Of a DNA stretch of 64,000 nt, positions 57,688-64,000 are shown in pieces; positions within the stretch are counted from its first letter, which is position 1, and each line of letters begins with the position of its first letter. Source of the stretch: Elusimicrobiota bacterium (lineage in GTDB: Bacteria > Elusimicrobiota > Elusimicrobia > F11); assembly GCA_044221725.1 (NCBI GenBank), contig JBGAON010000001.1, positions 608,001 to 672,000 on the forward strand, given 5' to 3'. The notes under the pieces are model-generated. The model did not search any database. It was not told the origin of the DNA and saw only the letters and a list, made by a program, of their open reading frames with translations. Position numbers and translations under genes: made by a program.

Positions 57688-57852
57688 ATGAATTACAAAC
57701 TGTCAGAGATTCTTGGGTCCATCGATTTTTATGGCTCGACGCTTGGTAAAACCGCCTGGTACCAAAACACTGCTCCCGGAAAACGCGGTCGGCCGCCCAA
57801 AGACAAAGAAGCGCACAAACCCATCAACAAAAAACCAAAATCTCCAAAATAG
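57688..57852 (+). CDS. 54-aa basic protein with AT-hook-like motif
   Basis: SD GGAGGAG, KRGRPPK, Lys/Pro-rich tail. Confidence 0.55.
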   Translation: MNYKLSEILGSIDFYGSTLGKTAWYQNTAPGKRGRPPKDKEAHKPINKKPKSPK

Positions 57853-57878
57853 AAAGCACCGTCATTGCAATTCGTTTT

Positions 57879-57913
57879 ACTCCAGAGGATTACCGTCAGA
57901 AATCCTCTGGAGT
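57879..57913. other. Perfect 13-bp hairpin
   Basis: ACTCCAGAGGATT / AATCCTCTGGAGT after the small ORF; no clear U tract. Confidence 0.55.
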
Positions 57914-58018
57914 GCGCTGTTTCATTTTGCTAGGCTCCTTCGCGTCGCCCGGCAAGCTGGAAGTTTGTCCTGCCCTGCTATTTCCCGACGCTTCAGGCCT
58001 CTCCGTGGCACACAACAA

Positions 58019-58834
58019 ATGGACCAATTTGAGCGAGAGGTTCAATCAGGAGACCGGTTCACATTCGGTAAGAACTGGAGCCGGTTTCTATTAACTCTAA
58101 CCGATGCACGAATTCTCGAAGCGGAAAAGTCGCTTCGTGAAATGCTCGGAGTTTCGGATCTTCAGGGACTAAAATTTTTGGACGTCGGTTCGGGCAGCGG
58201 TTTGTTTTCGTTGGCCGCAAAACGATTGGGCGCGCAGGTGCGCTCGTTCGATTACGATCCGCAATCGGTCGCCTGCGGCATGCGGCTGAAGCAACAATTT
58301 TTTCCGAACGAGAATCATTGGACGGTCGAACGCGGATCCGCGTTGGATCCCAAGTTTGTAGAAGCGGTCGGTGAGTTTGATGTGGTTTATTCCTGGGGTG
58401 TTTTGCATCACACCGGAGCCATGTGGACGGCGCTGGATTTGGTCTCGAAGCCCGTTAAGCGCGGCGGGAAACTTTATATCGCTCTCTACAACGATCAGGG
58501 GTGGCGTTCCACGTTTTGGTGGCAGGTGAAACGAATTTACTGTTCCGGGTTGGTGGGGCGGTGGCTTATGAGCGCAATTTTCATTCCGTACATGGCGTTT
58601 CGCGCGCTTTGCAAATCAATTCTCACTGGAACGAATGTTTTTAAGGAATACAAGCAATACCGTGGAATGTCTATCTGGCACGACTGGGTGGATTGGTTGG
58701 GCGGATTTCCGTTCGAGGTAGCGTCCCCGGATCAAGTTACTGATTTTTTTAAAAAGAGAGGGTTCGCTCTTTTTAAGATAAAGACAACACAATCGCTCGG
58801 AAATAACGAGTTTGTGTTTGTGAGAAACGTATGA
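58019..58834 (+). CDS. Class I SAM-dependent methyltransferase
   Basis: FLDVGSGSG, FDVVYSWGVLHHTG; start placed at ATG 58019. Confidence 0.88.
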   Translation: MDQFEREVQSGDRFTFGKNWSRFLLTLTDARILEAEKSLREMLGVSDLQGLKFLDVGSGSGLFSLAAKRLGAQVRSFDYDPQSVACGMRLKQQFFPNENHWTVERGSALDPKFVEAVGEFDVVYSWGVLHHTGAMWTALDLVSKPVKRGGKLYIALYNDQGWRSTFWWQVKRIYCSGLVGRWLMSAIFIPYMAFRALCKSILTGTNVFKEYKQYRGMSIWHDWVDWLGGFPFEVASPDQVTDFFKKRGFALFKIKTTQSLGNNEFVFVRNV

Positions 58835-58907
58835 GCGCCCGTAGCTCAGCTGGAAGAGCGTCTGGCTTCGAACCAGCAGGTCGCAGGTTCGAGTCCTGCC
58901 GGGCGCG
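58835..58907 (+). tRNA. tRNA-Arg(TCG)
   Basis: Cloverleaf GCGCCCG...loop CTTCGAA...CGGGCGC G. Confidence 0.92.
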
Positions 58908-58944
58908 CCCTCCTTCGCCGAAGCTCCGAAGGAGCGAAGGAGGA

Positions 58945-59028
58945 TGGGCAGGAAGGGAGTTGAACCCATAAGCCCTTGCGGGCACGAGGTCCTAAGCCTC
59001 GCGCGTCTGCCAGTTCCGCCACCTGCCC
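58945..59028 (-). tRNA. tRNA-Leu(TAG)
   Basis: Minus-strand cloverleaf, loop CTTAGGA, long variable arm GCCC-GCAA-GGGC. Confidence 0.92.
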
Positions 59029-59103
59029 GTGACGGCGTGGAATATACAAAGATTCGAAAATCGAGATTTGAAAATAGAATTAGAAAGGTGAGGTTGAGAG
59101 CAT

Positions 59104-60402
59104 ATGTTGGGTCTAACAAGTGAAATGAAAGTAAAAGTGGTTTCCGAGGAAGGTTGCTTGCAAACATTTTCGGTGGAGCTTCCGGTCGCAAAAGTAAAAG
59201 AGAAAATTGAGGAAGCGTTTAAGAACGTGCAGAATCAGGCGAAGTTGCCGGGTTTCCGGCCGGGCAAAGCACCGCTCGACATGGTACGCGAAAATTTCAA
59301 AATGGCTGCCTACGAGCGCGCGCAGGACCTGTTGATGCGTGAGGGTGTCAGCGAAGTGCTGAAGTCAAAAAAAATTAATCCGGTGCAAACGCCTGTTGTG
59401 CAAGATGCGAAATTCCTTCCGGAAAAGCCTTTCCAATTTCAATTCCAAGTGGAAATTGCTCCGCAAATCAAGCCAACCAACTACAAGGGACTTAAGCTGA
59501 CGCGCAAAGCGGTTGCCGTCGGCGACGCCGAGCTTGCGAAATCGCTTGCCAATCTGGCCGACATGAACGCGCGGCTTGTGGAATCAAAAGACGACACGCT
59601 TAAGCCCACGCATTACGCCGTCGTTAATTACGAAGGCTTCCTCGACGGGAAAGCGATCGATGGAGCGAAAGCCGAAAACTTTTTGCTCGATATGTCGGCG
59701 CCGCAAGCCATCGCGGGCTTGGCCGAAGGTCTGGTGGGCAGCAAAGTGTCGGAAGAGCGCGACGTCAAAGTGCAATTCCCGGCCGATTCTCCGGCCAAGG
59801 AACTTGCCGGTAAAGAAGCCGTTTTCAAAGTCACACTGATCGGAATTAAAGAGAAAAACGTGCCCGTGTTGGATGACGAGTTCGCGAAAGATTTGGGCCT
59901 TGATTCGCTCGCGACGTTGAAAACAAAGTTGCGGGAAAATTTGGAGCGCGAACAAAAACAAGCGTCCCAAGCCGATGTCGAGAAGCAAATCATTGAAAAA
60001 CTTTTAGAGGAACACCAATTCGCTGTACCCCCGAGCCTCGCGAAAGGACAGCTGCAAAGCCTCGTTCAGCGTCAGTCGAGCCGTCTCCTGCAGCAAGGTG
60101 TGCCGCAAGCGGAGGTCGACAAGGCGCTAGCGAAGGCCACGCCAGAATTGCAGAAACAGGCGGAAAAAGACATTCGTTTGGCCTATATTTTAAATGCGAT
60201 TGCGAACGAAGAATCAATTGACGTGTCGGACGAAGAAATAAGTGCGAAAATTAACGACATCGTCAGCAAATCGGAAGAAAAGCAACGCGGATCGCTCGAA
60301 AAAGCCCTGCGGGCAAAGTACAACGATCAGCTTCGTTCCGAAATTCGGGAATCGAAAATTTTTGTTTGGATCATTGAACACGCTAAAATTAAAGAGGCTT
60401 AA
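59104..60402 (+). CDS. tig: Trigger factor
   Basis: PGFRPGKAP ribosome-binding motif, FKBP-like middle, LDDEFAK; tig-clpP-clpX-lon order. Confidence 0.95.
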   Translation: MLGLTSEMKVKVVSEEGCLQTFSVELPVAKVKEKIEEAFKNVQNQAKLPGFRPGKAPLDMVRENFKMAAYERAQDLLMREGVSEVLKSKKINPVQTPVVQDAKFLPEKPFQFQFQVEIAPQIKPTNYKGLKLTRKAVAVGDAELAKSLANLADMNARLVESKDDTLKPTHYAVVNYEGFLDGKAIDGAKAENFLLDMSAPQAIAGLAEGLVGSKVSEERDVKVQFPADSPAKELAGKEAVFKVTLIGIKEKNVPVLDDEFAKDLGLDSLATLKTKLRENLEREQKQASQADVEKQIIEKLLEEHQFAVPPSLAKGQLQSLVQRQSSRLLQQGVPQAEVDKALAKATPELQKQAEKDIRLAYILNAIANEESIDVSDEEISAKINDIVSKSEEKQRGSLEKALRAKYNDQLRSEIRESKIFVWIIEHAKIKEA

Positions 60403-60417
60403 TTCACGAGGAGGTCG

Positions 60418-61044
60418 TTGATGCTCATTCCATCCATCATTGAGAGGTGGAATCAAGGTGCGGTCGTCGGTTACGACATTTATTCGCGGTTGTTGCGTGA
60501 TCGCATTATTTTTGTAGGTGGTTTCGGCGGAGCGGTAACAACGGACTCGGCTAACCTTATTATTGCGCAGCTTCTTTTCCTTGAAGCGGAAGATCCGGAA
60601 AAACAAATCAATCTTTACATTAACTCGCCGGGCGGCATGGTGACCGCGGGTTTGGCTGTGTACGACACGATGCAGTACATTAAATCGCCGATCACAACGA
60701 TATGCATGGGAATGGCGATGTCGTTTGGCGCCGTGTTGTTAACCGCCGGTACAAAGGGTCAACGTTTTGCGTTGCCCAATTCGCGCGTGATGATTCACCA
60801 ACCTCTGCTTTCGGGGGGGGGGCTTTCCGGTCAGGCGACCGATATCAAAATTGAGGCGACCGAACTGGTAAAGACGAAACAACGGCTTTGTGAGATCATG
60901 TCGAAGCACACCGGCCAAAGCATTAAGAAAATTACCGATGACATGGAACGTAATTTTTATATGTCGGCCGAGCAGGCAAAAGAGTACGGCATTATTGACG
61001 AAGTGATTAATCCGCGGAAGCTTCTGGATTTGAAGAAAAAGTGA
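60418..61044 (+). CDS. clpP: ClpP protease subunit
   Basis: [17 protein letters not shown] catalytic Ser, MIHQP; SD GAGGAGG. Confidence 0.96.
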   Translation: MMLIPSIIERWNQGAVVGYDIYSRLLRDRIIFVGGFGGAVTTDSANLIIAQLLFLEAEDPEKQINLYINSPGGMVTAGLAVYDTMQYIKSPITTICMGMAMSFGAVLLTAGTKGQRFALPNSRVMIHQPLLSGGGLSGQATDIKIEATELVKTKQRLCEIMSKHTGQSIKKITDDMERNFYMSAEQAKEYGIIDEVINPRKLLDLKKK

Positions 61045-61052
61045 GGTAATTT

Positions 61053-62324
61053 GTGATCGACTCGAATTTTGGAATGGGCGATTCTCCGCAATGCGTGTTT
61101 TGCACGAAGGGGAAAGTCGACGGTCTTAAACTGATCGGCGGTCAAGGAACGTACGTTTGCGAAGAATGCATTCGTAATTCCTACGCACTGCTCCAGAAGA
61201 TATCCGAGGAAGAACAACGCCACGCGATTCGTACGCTGCCGCCTCCAACACAAATCAAGTCCGCGCTTGATGAATATGTCATTGGCCAAGAAAAAGCAAA
61301 ACGCATTTTGTCGGTGGCCGTGTACAACCATTACCGTCGCGTGGAACTCGCCGAGAAGGCCGCCAAGACTGGCACGAAGAACGATGTGGAATTGTCGAAG
61401 TCGAACATTTTGTTGGTTGGTCCCACCGGAACCGGGAAAACGCTGCTCGCGCAAACGCTCGCACGTTTGCTCAAAGTTCCCTTTGCGATGGCCGACGCCA
61501 CGGTGCTCACCGAAGCCGGGTACGTTGGAGAGGACGTGGAGAATATAATTTTGCGCTTGCTCCAAGCATCCTCGTACGATGTGAAGCGTGCCGAAAAAGG
61601 CATTGTGTACATCGACGAGATCGACAAAATCTCCCGCAAATCGGATTCGCCCTCCATTACGCGCGACGTTTCGGGCGAAGGTGTTCAGCAAGCGCTTCTG
61701 AAAATTCTTGAAGGGACCGTCGCGTCGGTGCCCCCTCAGGGCGGTCGCAAACATCCGCAGCAGGAATATATTCAGGTGAACACAACGAACATTTTGTTTA
61801 TCTGCGGTGGTGCGTTCGAAGGAATGGATGACATTATTCGCCATCGCATGGGGCGCCAGGGATTGGGTTTCGGCGCCGATGTTCAACCCACAAAGAAGGT
61901 GCCGCACGGCGAAATGATGAAACATCTGACGCCCGAAGATTTAAATTCGTTCGGCTTGATTCCCGAGCTTGTTGGTCGTTTGCCGGTCGTGACCACGCTC
62001 GAGCCGCTTGGTCAAGGCGCGCTCGTTGACATTCTTACGCGCCCGAAAAATGCGCTCGTCAAGCAATTCACAAAGATGTTCAAACTTGAAGGTGTGGATT
62101 TGGAATTCACCGATCAGGCGCTCAAAGAAATTGCGGCGATTGCGCTCAAGCGCGGATCGGGCGCTCGTGGGCTTCGTTCGATCATCGAAGAGCTGACGCT
62201 CGACCTTATGTACGAATTGCCGGAACAAACCAATTTGCGCAAAGTTGTGATCGACGACTCTGTTGTGCGCAAAGAAAAATTGCCGGTTCGTTTGTACGGC
62301 GACGCCGAACGCCAATCCGCCTAA
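61053..62324 (+). CDS. clpX: ClpX ATPase
   Basis: C4 zinc domain, [29 protein letters not shown]. Confidence 0.96.
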   Translation: MIDSNFGMGDSPQCVFCTKGKVDGLKLIGGQGTYVCEECIRNSYALLQKISEEEQRHAIRTLPPPTQIKSALDEYVIGQEKAKRILSVAVYNHYRRVELAEKAAKTGTKNDVELSKSNILLVGPTGTGKTLLAQTLARLLKVPFAMADATVLTEAGYVGEDVENIILRLLQASSYDVKRAEKGIVYIDEIDKISRKSDSPSITRDVSGEGVQQALLKILEGTVASVPPQGGRKHPQQEYIQVNTTNILFICGGAFEGMDDIIRHRMGRQGLGFGADVQPTKKVPHGEMMKHLTPEDLNSFGLIPELVGRLPVVTTLEPLGQGALVDILTRPKNALVKQFTKMFKLEGVDLEFTDQALKEIAAIALKRGSGARGLRSIIEELTLDLMYELPEQTNLRKVVIDDSVVRKEKLPVRLYGDAERQSA

Positions 62325-62331
62325 GTTTCGA

Positions 62332-64000
62332 ATGAGCAACGCATCCCCATTTCCACCACGAATGCCCGTATTGCCGGTCCGCGACCGCGTGCTGTTTCCG
62401 AACGTGTACGTGCCGCTCGTGGTCGGCCGCGCGCGTTCAATTCAAGCGATCGAAGCCGCGATGGCCGGCGATCGATTGATTTTCGTGGCCACGCAGCGTC
62501 ATCTGAAAGTCGAAGAACCGACGCGCGACGATTTGTTCGAACACGGCACGATCGCTGAAATTTTGCAAACCATTAATATGCCGGACGGAACCGTTCGAAT
62601 TCGTGTTCTCGGCCGCTCACGCGCGAAAATGGTGGATGTGTCTTTGGGTAGCAATATGATTATGGGCGACATCCATCCGATTGAAACGCCCACGGTTCCC
62701 ACGGAAGACAACACGCAAATGGAAGCGATGCGCCGCATGGTCGCCCGGAAATTCGATGAATACGTCCGCAAAAACGGCCGCATCCCGGTCGACACGGTGG
62801 CGTCGGTGAATCAAATTACGGCGCTCGATAAGTTGGCGGACACCGTGTCGGACGCGCTTCTGATTGGCATTGAAGAGAAACAAGACTTGATCGAAATGGT
62901 CGAGATTCCGAAACGGCTCGCGCGTCTCGTGGAAATCCTCGATTCTGAAATTGAAATTCTCAACATCGAACGCAAAATTCAAACACGCGTGCATCATCAG
63001 ATCGAGAAAAATCAGAAGGAATACTATCTGAACGAACAGATGCGCGCGATTCAGAAGGAATTGAAACAGAAAGACGATCACGGTCGCGAAGCCGATGATT
63101 TGCGCGCAAAAATAAAGGAATTGAAGCTGGCGGCGGCCACCGAAGAAGTGGCGCTAAAAGAATTGGCGCGGCTCGAAAAAATGTCGCCGTTCTCGCCGGA
63201 AGCGACGGTCGTCCGCAGTTATCTCGAATGGATTATCGCGTTGCCGTGGAACACGTCGACCAATGACGACGCCGATGTTCAGCACGCGCGGAAAATTTTG
63301 AAAGAAGATCACTTCGGACTTGAGAAACCGAAAGAGCGTTTGCTCGAATATTTGGCGGTTTTAAAACTCACGAAACAAATCAAAGGTCCGGTTCTTTGTT
63401 TTGTTGGCCCGCCTGGCGTGGGAAAAACCTCGGTGGGCAAATCATTGGCGCGCGCGCTCGGACGGCAATTCGTTCGCATTTCATTGGGCGGCGTGCACGA
63501 TGAGTCGGACATTCGCGGTCATCGCCGCACCTACATCGGTTCGATGCCAGGCCGCATTATCCAGGCTCTGCGCAAGGTAAAAACAAAAAATCCGGTTATT
63601 TTGCTCGATGAAATCGACAAGATGGGGTCCGACTGGCGCGGAGATCCCGCGGCGGCGTTGCTCGAAGTGTTGGACCCCGAGCAAAACAAAACGTTCGTCG
63701 ATCACTATCTCGACGTCGAGTTCGATCTTTCCCAGATTATTTTTATTGCGACCGCGAATTCGCTTTACAGCATTCCAGCCACGTTGCTCGATCGCTTGGA
63801 AGTGATTCGGTTTTCTTCGTACACGACCGACGAAAAAGTTCAGATCGCAAATCGGTTTTTGATTCCAAAAGCAGTGACGGAACACGGTTTGTCGGCCGAT
63901 GCGGTTAAGATTGATGACGAAGCACTGCGCAAAATTGTTCACACCTACACGCAGGAAGCGGGTGTTCGCGATTTGGGACGTAAGATCGCACAAATTTGCC
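62332..64000 (+). CDS. lon: Lon protease (3' truncated by window edge; absent from the ORF track)
   Basis: Hand translation MSNASPFPPRMPVLPVRDRVLFP; later GPPGVGKTS, RGHRRTYIG, LLDEIDK. Confidence 0.95.
   Translation, partial: MSNASPFPPRMPVLPVRDRVLFPNVYVPLVVGRARSIQAIEAAMAGDRLIFVATQRHLKVEEPTRDDLFEHGTIAEILQTINMPDGTVRIRVLGRSRAKMVDVSLGSNMIMGDIHPIETPTVPTEDNTQMEAMRRMVARKFDEYVRKNGRIPVDTVASVNQITALDKLADTVSDALLIGIEEKQDLIEMVEIPKRLARLVEILDSEIEILNIERKIQTRVHHQIEKNQKEYYLNEQMRAIQKELKQKDDHGREADDLRAKIKELKLAAATEEVALKELARLEKMSPFSPEATVVRSYLEWIIALPWNTSTNDDADVQHARKILKEDHFGLEKPKERLLEYLAVLKLTKQIKGPVLCFVGPPGVGKTSVGKSLARALGRQFVRISLGGVHDESDIRGHRRTYIGSMPGRIIQALRKVKTKNPVILLDEIDKMGSDWRGDPAAALLEVLDPEQNKTFVDHYLDVEFDLSQIIFIATANSLYSIPATLLDRLEVIRFSSYTTDEKVQIANRFLIPKAVTEHGLSADAVKIDDEALRKIVHTYTQEAGVRDLGRKIAQIC

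Noticed and set aside
57713..58018. N-terminal extension of the methyltransferase in the ORF track
   Set aside because: It overlaps a better-supported small ORF and a hairpin; recognisable sequence starts at ATG 58019.
30142..58907. Intact prophage or ICE
   Set aside because: No integrase, structural or conjugation genes, and no tRNA-end duplication found by eye.
62499..63993. Several minus-strand ORFs at the right end
   Set aside because: Antisense shadows of lon.

Overview
Chromosomal window from a GC-moderate diderm bacterium. The gene mix (PorV-family barrel, GldAFG cassette, short Mfd) is loosely Elusimicrobiota-like, which cannot be verified here. Left arm (1-29 kb): bioA, two tandem GAF-GGDEF cyclases, a cyclophilin-peroxiredoxin operon with a hidden 9-codon CGC micro-ORF, a YdaL/YdaM-like exopolysaccharide cluster, redox and ABC-F genes, a split MetE pair that appears to have lost its zinc ligands, rlmD, mfd and a GldAFG-type ABC cassette. 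An AT-rich toxin-antitoxin islet lies between tRNA-His and tRNA-Lys. Between tRNA-Lys and tRNA-Arg (30.2-58.8 kb) is an accessory block. It carries a T9SS-like cargo/PorV pair and an unusual polysaccharide operon (frameshifted WbpA-type dehydrogenase, PilZ-fused hyaluronan-synthase-like GT2, degenerate deacetylase, TPR-deacetylase-barrel fusion, convergent glmS). It also carries a poly-HAMP kinase relay and an ECF sigma factor with no adjacent anti-sigma, whose putative AAC-N16/17-CGTA promoter recurs five times nearby. Right arm: tRNA-Leu, tig, clpP, clpX and lon (runs off the end). All calls come from motif reading only; no searches were run.
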